Part shown: positions 8,353 to 18,039 of the stretch, piece after piece
Numbering within the stretch: position 1 is the first letter of the stretch
How the letters are laid out: the number at the start of each line of letters is the position of its first letter
Virus record (IMG/VR): IMGVR_UViG_3300030104_004476
Location: 2,409-66,408 of that record
Reading direction: 5' to 3' (one strand)
From: a virus
Length of the DNA stretch: 64,000 nt
Notes under the pieces: generated by a model
Database searches by the model: none
Seen by the model: only the letters and a program-made list of their open reading frames with translations
Told to the model about the DNA's origin: nothing
Made by a program: the position numbers and the translations under genes

Positions 8353-10212
8353 ATGAAAGATATATTGTCGGATATTACCGTACATATGAAGTACGCTAAA
8401 TATATTCCTGAATTAAATAGGAGAGAGACTTGGGAAGAACTTGTAACTCGAAATAAAGAGATGCATCAAAAAAAATACCCGAAGTTAGCTGACGATATTG
8501 AGAACGTATATAAGTTAGTTTATGCTAAGAAGGTTTTACCTTCTATGCGTAGTCTACAGTTCTCAGGTAAGCCAATTGAATTATCACCAAATAGATTGTA
8601 CAATTGTTCATATTTACCTGTAGACTCTATAGACTCTTTTAATGAGTGTATGTTCTTATTGTTGTCTGGATGTGGCGTTGGTTATTCAGTACAACATCAT
8701 CATGTAAAGCAACTACCATCAATTATTAAACCATTTGATAAGCGTGAAAGACGCTTTGTTATTGGTGATAGTATTGAAGGTTGGTCTGATGCTATTAAAG
8801 TTTTAATCAAGTCTTATTTAGGCTCTAAGAGATCATCTAAAATAAAGTTTGATTATTCTGATATTAGACCAAAAGGTGCAAGGCTTGTGACTTCTGGTGG
8901 TAAAGCTCCAGGACCTCAACCATTAAAAGAATGTTTATTGAAAATTCAAGGTATATTAGATGCAAAAGAAGATGGATCAAAACTCACAACTTTGGAAGCT
9001 CATGATATTATTTGCCATGTTGCTGATGCTGTACTTGCAGGCGGCATTAGACGGGCAGCTTTAATATCGTTGTTTTCAGCTTATGATGAAGAAATGATTT
9101 CTTGTAAATCAAGTAATTGGTGGGAAACAAACCCGCAACGTGGTAGAGCTAACAACTCAGCTGTACTTATCAGACACAAAATCACAAAAAAGTTTTTTAT
9201 GAACTTATGGAAACGTATTGAGTTGTCTGGTTCAGGTGAACCTGGTATCTACCTTAATAATGATAAAGACTGGGGAACTAATCCTTGTTGTGAAATAGCT
9301 TTACGTCCTTATCAATTTTGTAACTTATGTGAAGTAAACGTTTCAGATATAATAGATCAAGACGATCTTAACACTAGAGTTAAAGCTGCTGCGTTTATAG
9401 GTACACTACAAGCTGGTTACACAGACTTTCATTATTTAAGAGAAATATGGAGAGAGACAACAGAAAAAGACGCTCTTATAGGTGTGTCAATGACAGGGAT
9501 AGGGAGTGCCGTTGTGCTCCAAATGGATATGAAGGCAGCTGCAAGTATCGTAAAAAGAGAAAACACAAGAGTAGCAAAGCTAATAGGGATAAATAAAGCT
9601 GCACGCACAACATGTGTTAAACCTGCAGGGACAACTTCTCTGGTACTTGGAACTTCATCTGGTATTCATGCGTGGCATAATGATTATTATATCCGTAGAC
9701 TACGTGTAGGGAAGAATGAAGCAATATATTCGTATTTATCAATGCATCTTCCTGAATTAGTTAAGGACGAGTATTTCAGACCACACGATACTGCTGTGAT
9801 CGAAATACCACAACAATCGCCAAAAGGTTCTATTGTCCGAACTGAGTCCGCGTTTGATTTACTCGAGAGAGTTAAACAAGTTTCTGAAGAATGGGTTACA
9901 CCAGGACACAGAACAGGAAGCAACACTCACAATGTATCTGCTACAATATCTTTAAAAGAAGATGAGTGGGACAAAGCTGGTGAGTGGATGTGGAACAACC
10001 GTGATTGCTACAACGGTTTATCAGTATTACCTTATGATGGTGGTACATATACTCAAGCTCCTTTTGAAGATATATCTAAAAAGGAATATGATGAGCGTAT
10101 GAAACACTTATCCATAGTTAATCTTGAGAATGTGGTAGAACTAAATGATAATACAGATCTATCAGGTGAGTTAGCTTGTGCCGGTGGATCTTGCGAAGTA
10201 ACAAGCTTATAA
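8353..10212 (+). CDS. nrdJ: Class II (adenosylcobalamin-dependent) ribonucleotide reductase
   Basis: RRETWEE, YNC, TNPCCEI, CNLCE, VKPAGT, C-terminal CAGGSC; no beta subunit gene present. Confidence 0.9.
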   Translation: MKDILSDITVHMKYAKYIPELNRRETWEELVTRNKEMHQKKYPKLADDIENVYKLVYAKKVLPSMRSLQFSGKPIELSPNRLYNCSYLPVDSIDSFNECMFLLLSGCGVGYSVQHHHVKQLPSIIKPFDKRERRFVIGDSIEGWSDAIKVLIKSYLGSKRSSKIKFDYSDIRPKGARLVTSGGKAPGPQPLKECLLKIQGILDAKEDGSKLTTLEAHDIICHVADAVLAGGIRRAALISLFSAYDEEMISCKSSNWWETNPQRGRANNSAVLIRHKITKKFFMNLWKRIELSGSGEPGIYLNNDKDWGTNPCCEIALRPYQFCNLCEVNVSDIIDQDDLNTRVKAAAFIGTLQAGYTDFHYLREIWRETTEKDALIGVSMTGIGSAVVLQMDMKAAASIVKRENTRVAKLIGINKAARTTCVKPAGTTSLVLGTSSGIHAWHNDYYIRRLRVGKNEAIYSYLSMHLPELVKDEYFRPHDTAVIEIPQQSPKGSIVRTESAFDLLERVKQVSEEWVTPGHRTGSNTHNVSATISLKEDEWDKAGEWMWNNRDCYNGLSVLPYDGGTYTQAPFEDISKKEYDERMKHLSIVNLENVVELNDNTDLSGELACAGGSCEVTSL

Positions 10213-10227
10213 CTAAAAATAATTATT

Positions 10228-10638
10228 ATGAAGAAAATTGTAATGAGTTTTGCTTTAGCTGTACTTTGTACGCTTGGAGTTAATGCTCAAGCTCAAGGTG
10301 ACTGGTACGTAGGTACTGGTGACATCGCTAATACCGCTTGGACAGAGTGGTCAATAGCACCAACAGTAGGTTATGGATTAACTGATAACTTAATGGTTGG
10401 ATTAAATGTTTCACAAGCAGATTCAACTGCTGATATGCAAGTTGACTTACACGCTAGGTACTTTATGAATACTTGGTTTTTGTATGCAGAAACAACTGGA
10501 ATAGACACTGACAACTTAAAAGTTGGTGCTGGTAAAATGTTTAGCTTTCACAAAGCAGTTTACGTTGATCCAAAAGTTGTTTATGACTTAACTGAAGAAA
10601 CAGTAAATTTAACCTTAGGCGTTGGACTTAAGTTTTAA
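10228..10638 (+). CDS. Small outer-membrane beta-barrel protein with signal peptide
   Basis: Sec signal ending in VNA/Q, amphipathic strands, C-terminal LTLGVGLKF BAM-type motif. Confidence 0.75.
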   Translation: MKKIVMSFALAVLCTLGVNAQAQGDWYVGTGDIANTAWTEWSIAPTVGYGLTDNLMVGLNVSQADSTADMQVDLHARYFMNTWFLYAETTGIDTDNLKVGAGKMFSFHKAVYVDPKVVYDLTEETVNLTLGVGLKF

Positions 10639-10666
10639 TACAATTTAATTTTAAAAATATAATTTT

Positions 10667-10858
10667 ATGGATACATTAAACAACAAAATGGACGGAATGA
10701 TGAAAACATTAATTTCAACTGCTATTGATGTAGAAAAGTTTGCGCAAGGCAATAAGTCTGCAGGAACTAGAATACGTCAAGCTATGCAAGAGATTAAATC
10801 TTTAGCTCAAGATGTTCGAGTAGATGTACAAGCAATCAAAAACAAAGAGCTTGTTTAG
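10667..10858 (+). CDS. Histone H1-like (Hc1 family) small protein
   Basis: KF..GNKSAGTRIR..MQEIK.LAQDVR motif. Confidence 0.75.
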   Translation: MDTLNNKMDGMMKTLISTAIDVEKFAQGNKSAGTRIRQAMQEIKSLAQDVRVDVQAIKNKELV

Positions 10859-10920
10859 ATAGCTATATAATAAACGATAATCATTATCGCTACGTATAAA
10901 GCTTTAGTGATGTCAATTTT

Positions 10921-10960
10921 ACGGTCCATAGGGTATTAATTACCTTATGGGCCGTTTTTT
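10921..10960 (+). terminator. Intrinsic terminator at convergence of the two genome arms
   Basis: ACGGTCCATAGG...CCTTATGGGCCGT followed by T-tract. Confidence 0.75.
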
Positions 10961-10985
10961 ATATCAACAAATTGTTAAGAAATTG

Positions 10986-11387
10986 TTACTTTATCTTCCT
11001 ACTTAAGGTAGCTCTATCGGCTCTTCGCATAGTAACATCTGCCGTGTGACCACTACCAACTCTAATTAAGAACGTATAATCGCTAACTGTTTTAAAAATA
11101 CCTCTAGTACTTTCGTATGTTGTTATAGTAGATCCCGGATTAAAAGCGTTAGTCAAAACATCTTCGTCATCCCACACAAATGTAGATCCAACTGGAATTG
11201 GTATTTCTTTTAAAATAAAAACTGCTCCTGTTGTTGCGGTTCCGTTGTGTAGTGACTTTGGGCCCACTACTAAATCAAAAGTTATATCTTCATTATCGGT
11301 ATTAGATACTATCATACCTAAAATACCTTCTTTAGCAACGTCTACAAAACTGTCCCCGCTTAGTGATATTGTATCTATCTTTGCCAT
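10986..11387 (-). CDS. Hypothetical (probable structural) protein
   Basis: Beta-rich ORF at the end of the late operon. Confidence 0.65.
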   Translation of the reverse strand: MAKIDTISLSGDSFVDVAKEGILGMIVSNTDNEDITFDLVVGPKSLHNGTATTGAVFILKEIPIPVGSTFVWDDEDVLTNAFNPGSTITTYESTRGIFKTVSDYTFLIRVGSGHTADVTMRRADRATLSRKIK

Positions 11388-11388
11388 A

Positions 11389-11892
11389 TTATGCTATTCT
11401 ATATATAGTTATTTGGTCAATCCCTGCATGACTTACTACAAATCTGAAAAGACCAGTTGAATTAGCTACAACAACCATGTTCCCAACTAACGTTACGTTA
11501 GCCCCAGCTGATAATGTTAAAGAGTAGGTTGCAGATGCTAAGTTGATTATAGGTACATCTGCGTTTTGGTAAAATTCTGTAAATCCAAATTGAGTTATTA
11601 TTTGAGCAGCTGTAGGTGTTGGTTTGATTCTACTCGCGGTTGGAGTTATTGTTAATATACCAGGCTCTAAATCTCTTGCGTCAATAGCCGCAGTATCATC
11701 ATCAATAGCTATACCAGCTATAGCTTTTGGGCTAATTATCATTTTACCCGATTGATCAATATTAAGACCATTAACCTTACCTTGAGAAGATGCTTTACTT
11801 CTATTTATAAAAAATTCTTTATCGACACGAAAATTATGGGTTTGAACCTCTTTTCCTATGTAGTTAAATCCTTTTGCTTTTTTTCTTGCCAT
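11389..11892 (-). CDS. Hypothetical (probable structural) protein
   Basis: Tightly packed in late operon; fibre/decoration-like C-terminus. Confidence 0.65.
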   Translation of the reverse strand: MARKKAKGFNYIGKEVQTHNFRVDKEFFINRSKASSQGKVNGLNIDQSGKMIISPKAIAGIAIDDDTAAIDARDLEPGILTITPTASRIKPTPTAAQIITQFGFTEFYQNADVPIINLASATYSLTLSAGANVTLVGNMVVVANSTGLFRFVVSHAGIDQITIYRIA

Positions 11893-11895
11893 ATG

Positions 11896-12396
11896 CTATA
11901 AATCATATGCTATGAGTATATCTACAGCACAAGCTGAACTATTTGCTTTTAGCTGTACTTCGTCCGCTGTTGCTGTTAAACCAGCTACATTTGAAGTTCC
12001 TTGAACAACGTCGGTTGCTGCGACGGTTGTTGACGCGTTGTTATCAAACACTAAGCTAGTGAAATACGCAGCCTCACCAGGTAGTATTTTATAGTTAACT
12101 TGCTTGTTAGTTGCAGCATCACTTAGCTGTAACGTTACAAAGTTACTACCATCAGTATTTCTAAATCGCATATATTTAAACTTAGCAGAGTCATATAGAC
12201 CCATCCCAACTGTTGCACCAGAAGAAAACTTCGCAACTTGGGTAAACGCTGTGCCTATGCTTAGCGTAGTGTCTGTAAAAGCATCAACATCCTCAATGTT
12301 TAAATCGTCAGAAGTACCAGACGTAGTGTAGTTGTATTCAAAACCACCTGAACTTACGTTTATATTTTCTGTTATACTTAATGTTAATGTTCCCAT
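11896..12396 (-). CDS. Probable structural protein, distant paralogue of 12877 and 13262
   Basis: MGTLTLSITE start; YMRFRN...KILPGEAAYF parallels YILLKN...ELGAGEFAFF. Confidence 0.6.
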   Translation of the reverse strand: MGTLTLSITENINVSSGGFEYNYTTSGTSDDLNIEDVDAFTDTTLSIGTAFTQVAKFSSGATVGMGLYDSAKFKYMRFRNTDGSNFVTLQLSDAATNKQVNYKILPGEAAYFTSLVFDNNASTTVAATDVVQGTSNVAGLTATADEVQLKANSSACAVDILIAYDL

Positions 12397-12407
12397 GTCT
12401 TTTTTAT

Positions 12408-12875
12408 TTAATCGTGATCAATATATGTTATTGTCACCTCTTCGTTTAGTTCTATAGCTTTTGCAATTGCTGGATAAATCCTTTTATAAGCATTACCACT
12501 TTTGCCAATAAACCCATCTTTAATGATGACATTGTTTTCCTGCGAGTCTCCAACCAAAAGACACCCAGCAGTATGCTCGTCAGTGTTTCCAGTGTGTATA
12601 AGAATATACTCAAAGTTAGGAACATCAGTGATATGAAGCATACCACGGTGAAAACCACCATATTTTTTAGTATACCTAGCGTTAAACCCACCTTCTTTTC
12701 TTAGTTCAATATTGTATGTGCCTGCCGGTACACGCGTTTCACCCTTAACTTTAAGAGCTCTACGCTCGTCCTCAAGTGTATAACAAAGAAACTTTCTTCC
12801 AAGATCGCTTATTTTAAAAAGTAATCCAGAAGTAGAATCTTGTTGAGAACTAAATCTTAATACTTCTAGTTTCAT
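12408..12875 (-). CDS. DUF5675-like cysteine peptidase, candidate endolysin
   Basis: CYTLE, RVPAGTY, ILIHTGNTDEHTAGCLLVG (His/Cys dyad). Confidence 0.75.
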   Translation of the reverse strand: MKLEVLRFSSQQDSTSGLLFKISDLGRKFLCYTLEDERRALKVKGETRVPAGTYNIELRKEGGFNARYTKKYGGFHRGMLHITDVPNFEYILIHTGNTDEHTAGCLLVGDSQENNVIIKDGFIGKSGNAYKRIYPAIAKAIELNEEVTITYIDHD

Positions 12876-12876
12876 A

Positions 12877-13242
12877 TTATACGTTAGCTACGTATTGTGC
12901 ATATTCAACTACACAAGCCGCAGTCTGTGCTTCAGCAGTAATTGCTTGAGAACTATAAAGAGGAAAGAAAGCAAATTCTCCTACTCTTATTTTAAGCTTA
13001 GCATCTCCTCCAAGAAGAACTTGAACCCAAGAAGCTGAGTTGCTTGATGAAATAACCTTCATGTATACATAAGAAAAAGAACTATTAGAAGCTAAAACTG
13101 CTTGAGCAGATCCAGTAGCAATAGATTTTCTTGATATATTTGTAGAAGCTGTTACGCTCAACGAATCAGTTGAAGATATAGAAAGCGCGTCACTAGCTAC
13201 GTCAGAGCTTGTTAGCGTAAGTGTTGGTGTTAGTGTTGCCAT
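12877..13242 (-). CDS. Probable structural protein, tandem paralogue
   Basis: MATLTPTLTLTS..SD.LS.S.TDSL and GEFAFFP shared with 13262. Confidence 0.7.
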   Translation of the reverse strand: MATLTPTLTLTSSDVASDALSISSTDSLSVTASTNISRKSIATGSAQAVLASNSSFSYVYMKVISSSNSASWVQVLLGGDAKLKIRVGEFAFFPLYSSQAITAEAQTAACVVEYAQYVANV

Positions 13243-13261
13243 AATTTTTAATTGTTATTTA

Positions 13262-13630
13262 TTAAGCTACTTCAAATAATAATACTTCCATTGCTGGCGT
13301 GCCAGAGTCAGCATCGTAAACTAGATCTTCATCTGATGCCCAAGGGAAAAACGCAAATTCTCCTGCTCCTAGTTCTAAAACATTAGCTGAACCAGTTGCT
13401 CCAAGTCTAATATAAATTTTTTCAGCAGTAGTAGAGCTTAAATTTTTAAGTAATATGTATGATTTACCGTAATCTGCCGCGGCTAAAAAAACAGCAGCAG
13501 TCGTTGATGTTTCCACCGTAGCAGACAATACATCGCCAGCTGTAGTAAGCGAATCAGTCAAAGAAAGACTCAACGAGTCAGACGTAGCGTCCGTACTAGT
13601 AAGTGTTAGTGTTGGTGTTAATGTCGCCAT
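13262..13630 (-). CDS. Probable structural protein, tandem paralogue
   Basis: Shares N-terminus and GEFAFFP with 12877. Confidence 0.7.
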   Translation of the reverse strand: MATLTPTLTLTSTDATSDSLSLSLTDSLTTAGDVLSATVETSTTAAVFLAAADYGKSYILLKNLSSTTAEKIYIRLGATGSANVLELGAGEFAFFPWASDEDLVYDADSGTPAMEVLLFEVA

Positions 13631-13631
13631 G

Positions 13632-16394
13632 TTATTTAGTTTTAATAATTTTTCTGTTAATTTTTATTTTGTTATATTCAATAGTTATATTGTATACACC
13701 AGGAGCTAATATAGATACATCTAAGGTATTTGTATTAGTTTTGTTTATAACTATGTCCCCTAATAAATTATAAACTCTTAGATCAACTTTTTTATTTACG
13801 TATATATAATCACTTGTAGGATTAGGATATGTAATTATTTCATTTCTAAATTCTAATATGTTAGTAGGGCCACTCCAACCATCTTCACAATACTGATAAA
13901 GCTCTACACAAGTGTTATCCCAAGATATATCACAACAATATTGATCTATTTCTATTACCCAAGCAAAACACTCATTAGGAAGAGTATATATGTCACCAAT
14001 AGCACAACCAGCAGAATAATAACACGAACTGTCCGCCACGTTAGCATTGATATTGTAATTAAGAGCGGTCGGATCAGTGCAGCCAAACAAAGGGTAAATA
14101 CAGCTACCATTATCAGTATTTGCATTATCGTCGTAATTAAGTGCTGTGCTGTCTGTACATCCATAATAAAAAGGTATACAACTTCCGTTGTCTGTGTTTG
14201 CTAGTGGGTTATAATTAAACATGGTATTATCTGTGCAACCAAAGACAACTTCTATACATGAGCCATCGTCTGTGTTTGCCAGAGCGTTGTAATTGAAAGC
14301 TGTAACATCCATACAACCTAAAACAACATCATAACAACTACCGTCGTCAGTGTTAGCTAACGAGTCGTAGTTAAAAGCTACAGGATCTGTACACCCGTAG
14401 TAGTATGCTATACACGTATCCGAAGCGGTAGCCAGCGAATCGTAGTTAAACGCGGTGGGGTCCATACATCCGTATACGAAAGATATACAGCCCCCATTGT
14501 CTATATTTGCTACAGGGTCAAAGTTATACATAGTGCTGTCAGTACACCCCCAAATAGCTAAAGTCTGACAAGAGTTGTCGTCATAATCTGCTACAAAGCC
14601 TTGAGTGTAAAATTCAAGATATGCAGACGATGTACAACCAGGATTATAATAACAACTGCCATCTTCTGTGTTAACAGTGCTATCGTAGTTTACAGCTAGA
14701 AAATCTGTACAACCATAAGTAAATGGTTCACAATAATCTCCACAATAAGGTAAAGCTGTATATGTATTCCAAAATGGAGCATCAAATGATTGTAAAGCTC
14801 CTTGCCCATTGTTTTCAAAAGGATTAGTTCCTTCTGCTAATAAAGTATCTCCTAATGAGTTTATTAAATAAAATGAGTTATGCCATGTTTGAAACTGTAC
14901 TTCTTCAGGTGGTGTTTGTGGTCCACCGATTTCAAAGTAATAAACTTCAACAGGTTTATCTGAGTCTAGTATTAAAGGAAAATCATTTAATAAATTACCT
15001 GGACCCATTGTAAACGTACCAAGAGCTATACCACTTTGATAAACTCCTAAATATGAATTACCCCAACCATCTCCAGCGGCGTCACCTATATATAAAGTAT
15101 AATCACAGTCTGGAATTATATCATTAATAGTAGCGTTAGCATTATAGTTGTAAAACTCAGGATCAGTACATCCGTAAATATGTAGAGTAGTGCAACTTCC
15201 ATCATCTTCAGTTGCTTCTATATTATATTCAACATAATCATCATCAGTACAACCTAATACTGTAGGCTCTACAAAACAATCAGCACCTTGCTGTAAACCT
15301 GAATAAGTTACATTACCAAAAGCTGGATTACTTAACTCCCATATAGTGTCTCCATTACAATCAAATATAACAACATAACCATTTAAAACTCCTCCTGCCA
15401 TACCATCACCATAACCATCTGTTAGTATAAGTTCAAAGCCAGATTGTTGAACACAAAAGTCGTAAGTATATGTTTTACCTATATCGTTAAAGTTATACTC
15501 GCCAGATGAAGCTTGTCCTATTATACCAGCGCTATTCATTGTCCAACCAGTTTCACCAGGCCAATTATCAAGAGTAATCTGCATTGTTATTTGGTGTTGA
15601 GTAGCGGTATCACACACTGTACCGGTACAGCTACCATTGTCTACTGTAGCCCATGGATTATAAGTAGGTTGCGTTGGATCTGTACAACCTGGTATACAAG
15701 GATCTGGTGTAAAGTATATAGTATCTGAAAAAGAGCTATCAGCAAACTCTAAAACCATATAGTGTTCTTCCTCCCAGTTCGGAGGCATTTGCCCTGGTCC
15801 TACTGGAGCAGCAAAGTTATTATAACCGTTAGAAGCTGCCCATAATCCTGACCAAGTAAAGTTATATCCGTTTTCTGTACTAAGATGTAGTTTTGTAACA
15901 TCACAACCTGTGTTTTCCAAAGCTGTCCACCACTCAAAAACTATAGCAGACTGACTACCCCAACAAAGTTGATAAGCATTAGTACTATCAACTCCTTGAC
16001 AAGGTTCAGACACTGGTGGAGCACAAGGCGCGATAAATAAGTTTTCTACAAGTTCAGAACCAAAGTTACCGTAAGCTTGCATTAGAGTTCCTTGACAAGT
16101 GTTTTTAACTACAAACGAACCATCAACTCCTCCCCATTGACTTGCTCCAAGACCATCTCCATAAGAGTCTTTTAAGTGTATTTCGTAATTACCAGAAGGT
16201 AGATTAACAGTATCATCATAAATAGTGTTTTCAATCATACCTTCTTGACTCTGCGCTATAGTATCGTTGTTAGAGTCAATTATATACCAAGATGTTTCTA
16301 CTGGATAATTATCAGTTAGTAAAACAATATTTACCCAAGAGCTTTGCGCGAAAGCAATGTTAATTAAAAATAAAAATGTAATTAATTTTTTCAT
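13632..16394 (-). CDS. Secreted Cys-repeat protein with type IX secretion (T9SS type A) C-terminal sorting domain
   Basis: Signal peptide; more than 10 GCTD..A.NY...A..DDGSC repeats; three D.YGDG domains; C-terminal YPNPT...YNLLG...L.PGVY...KIIK. Confidence 0.88.
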   Translation of the reverse strand: MKKLITFLFLINIAFAQSSWVNIVLLTDNYPVETSWYIIDSNNDTIAQSQEGMIENTIYDDTVNLPSGNYEIHLKDSYGDGLGASQWGGVDGSFVVKNTCQGTLMQAYGNFGSELVENLFIAPCAPPVSEPCQGVDSTNAYQLCWGSQSAIVFEWWTALENTGCDVTKLHLSTENGYNFTWSGLWAASNGYNNFAAPVGPGQMPPNWEEEHYMVLEFADSSFSDTIYFTPDPCIPGCTDPTQPTYNPWATVDNGSCTGTVCDTATQHQITMQITLDNWPGETGWTMNSAGIIGQASSGEYNFNDIGKTYTYDFCVQQSGFELILTDGYGDGMAGGVLNGYVVIFDCNGDTIWELSNPAFGNVTYSGLQQGADCFVEPTVLGCTDDDYVEYNIEATEDDGSCTTLHIYGCTDPEFYNYNANATINDIIPDCDYTLYIGDAAGDGWGNSYLGVYQSGIALGTFTMGPGNLLNDFPLILDSDKPVEVYYFEIGGPQTPPEEVQFQTWHNSFYLINSLGDTLLAEGTNPFENNGQGALQSFDAPFWNTYTALPYCGDYCEPFTYGCTDFLAVNYDSTVNTEDGSCYYNPGCTSSAYLEFYTQGFVADYDDNSCQTLAIWGCTDSTMYNFDPVANIDNGGCISFVYGCMDPTAFNYDSLATASDTCIAYYYGCTDPVAFNYDSLANTDDGSCYDVVLGCMDVTAFNYNALANTDDGSCIEVVFGCTDNTMFNYNPLANTDNGSCIPFYYGCTDSTALNYDDNANTDNGSCIYPLFGCTDPTALNYNINANVADSSCYYSAGCAIGDIYTLPNECFAWVIEIDQYCCDISWDNTCVELYQYCEDGWSGPTNILEFRNEIITYPNPTSDYIYVNKKVDLRVYNLLGDIVINKTNTNTLDVSILAPGVYNITIEYNKIKINRKIIKTK

Positions 16395-16720
16395 TAAAAC
16401 TTGTTCATTATTAGTTCGTCAATATAATCTTGTATTTCTTCTCTAGTAGCAGCCATTTTAAAGCTAAGATCTGCTTGAAAACGTTTTACCTCTTCACCAT
16501 CGTCAAATATAATAATGGTAGGTACAATCGCTATCTCGTATTCACTCTGTACTTTAGCATCGTCAATACTCATTGATTTCTTTTTAGCATCAGATATTTT
16601 GCTAAACCACTCAACACCGTTAGCTTTGTTCCAACTAGCGTTAAAATGATAAGCTTCAACCTGAGAAAATGCCGATGTACATAACAACGACATTAGTATT
16701 AAATTATAGTATTTTTTCAT
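16394..16720 (-). CDS. Exported thioredoxin-fold protein lacking CxxC
   Basis: Signal peptide; FNASWN in place of F.A.WCxxC; I.IVPTIIIFDDGEEVKRF. Confidence 0.75.
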   Translation of the reverse strand: MKKYYNLILMSLLCTSAFSQVEAYHFNASWNKANGVEWFSKISDAKKKSMSIDDAKVQSEYEIAIVPTIIIFDDGEEVKRFQADLSFKMAATREEIQDYIDELIMNKF

Positions 16721-16995
16721 TATTTTAATTGATCAATTTTATCTTCCATTCTAATCATACGCTCTTCTATTTTTTCCACATTTTTTTCTGTGTTTAATAT
16801 GGACTGGCGTACATTTTGATCTTTCATATCGAACTCCATGCGAGTAATATCTGGAGCTGGTAACTCCTTAGCTTCTGATATATCAGCCTGCAATGTAAAC
16901 CACATACCAATAAGTGTAGCCATTGCAAAGCCTATACCTATCAATGTTTTAATGCTTATGTTAAAGCCAGTGTCTTCGTTTAATTCTTTTGTCAT
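16720..16995 (-). CDS. Single-TM coiled-coil membrane protein
   Basis: TLIGIGFAMATLIGMWF followed by heptad-rich C-terminus. Confidence 0.7.
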   Translation of the reverse strand: MTKELNEDTGFNISIKTLIGIGFAMATLIGMWFTLQADISEAKELPAPDITRMEFDMKDQNVRQSILNTEKNVEKIEERMIRMEDKIDQLK

Positions 16996-16998
16996 TTG

Positions 16999-18030
16999 TT
17001 AAAATATTATGTAGTTTATTCCAAACTTAAAATCATACCACTCTCTGTTCCAGTATTTATTGTATTTACCCTCAGCAAATAAACCAAGGCTTTTGTTTAG
17101 TTTATAACCAAGTATTAGTCCTCCTGAGTAATCGTACCATTGTTCTCCGTTATTAAAGTTGTGGTAAGAATATTGACCACCGTCATCATAATGATAAGGC
17201 ATTAAATTACCCCAAGAGTGTAACCAAAAGTTTTTTTTATAGTGGTAAAAATCAAAACCTAAAACAATAGAGTATTGCCATTGGTTAGGTAATTCGTTTC
17301 TTTTTTTATCTACATAATCTTTTAAAACAGTAGGAATAATGACCTTTTCCCACACCTCTGCGCTAGTTGCAACAATATTTCCATTTGGATCTTTGTATTC
17401 TGATTCAAATACATCAATATCATATCCTTCTTCAATAGCTAGTTGTGTATAATGAACATGACCGGTTTCTAAACGCCAATCAGCTAATGGATCATAGCCG
17501 TATGGTTCTGCTAATCTTGTAACGCCACCAAAGTTAAATGATAGTTTTTTCTTACCATTTAGTCTAAACCTTTGAGTGGCTTCATAATATTCTATATCTG
17601 CAAAACCATCTTTAACATATTCTACTTTAGATAACCATTTATCTCTTACGTATCTTACGAAATGTTGTTGATCAAGATACTCAACACCTTCTTGTCTTTT
17701 GTAATCTATTTCAAAAAGGTATTCAAAAGGTGACAACCCGACTGTAGCGGCGTCTCCATATGCAGACTCTGTGCCATCTTTAAATTTGCTAACATCTTCA
17801 TATTGAAAACGTTTTATCTTGCGGATACCCATTGTTAACGAGTAATCGTAAGGTGTGAACACAGTATCGTAGTTTAATATACCATCTTGAGTATTATAAA
17901 CATCATCGTTAGCTAACGAAGTTCCACCATTTGCAGCAACGTAAAATGTTGAAAATTTAAACGCTTTTTTAAATTGAGCGCTAGCTGTAAAACAACAAAT
18001 AGTTAGTATTAGTATTAGTATTTTTTTCAT
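16999..18030 (-). CDS. Outer-membrane beta-barrel protein with signal peptide (start likely 18030)
   Basis: MKKILILILTICCFTASA/Q signal; aromatic strands; C-terminal FKFGINYIIF. Confidence 0.72.
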   Translation of the reverse strand: MKKILILILTICCFTASAQFKKAFKFSTFYVAANGGTSLANDDVYNTQDGILNYDTVFTPYDYSLTMGIRKIKRFQYEDVSKFKDGTESAYGDAATVGLSPFEYLFEIDYKRQEGVEYLDQQHFVRYVRDKWLSKVEYVKDGFADIEYYEATQRFRLNGKKKLSFNFGGVTRLAEPYGYDPLADWRLETGHVHYTQLAIEEGYDIDVFESEYKDPNGNIVATSAEVWEKVIIPTVLKDYVDKKRNELPNQWQYSIVLGFDFYHYKKNFWLHSWGNLMPYHYDDGGQYSYHNFNNGEQWYDYSGGLILGYKLNKSLGLFAEGKYNKYWNREWYDFKFGINYIIF

Positions 18031-18039
18031 ACTTATTAA

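Noticed and set aside
13900-15700. Cys-rich repeats as a diversity-generating retroelement target
   Set aside because: No reverse transcriptase and no adenine-specific template/variable repeat pair; repeats are protein-level
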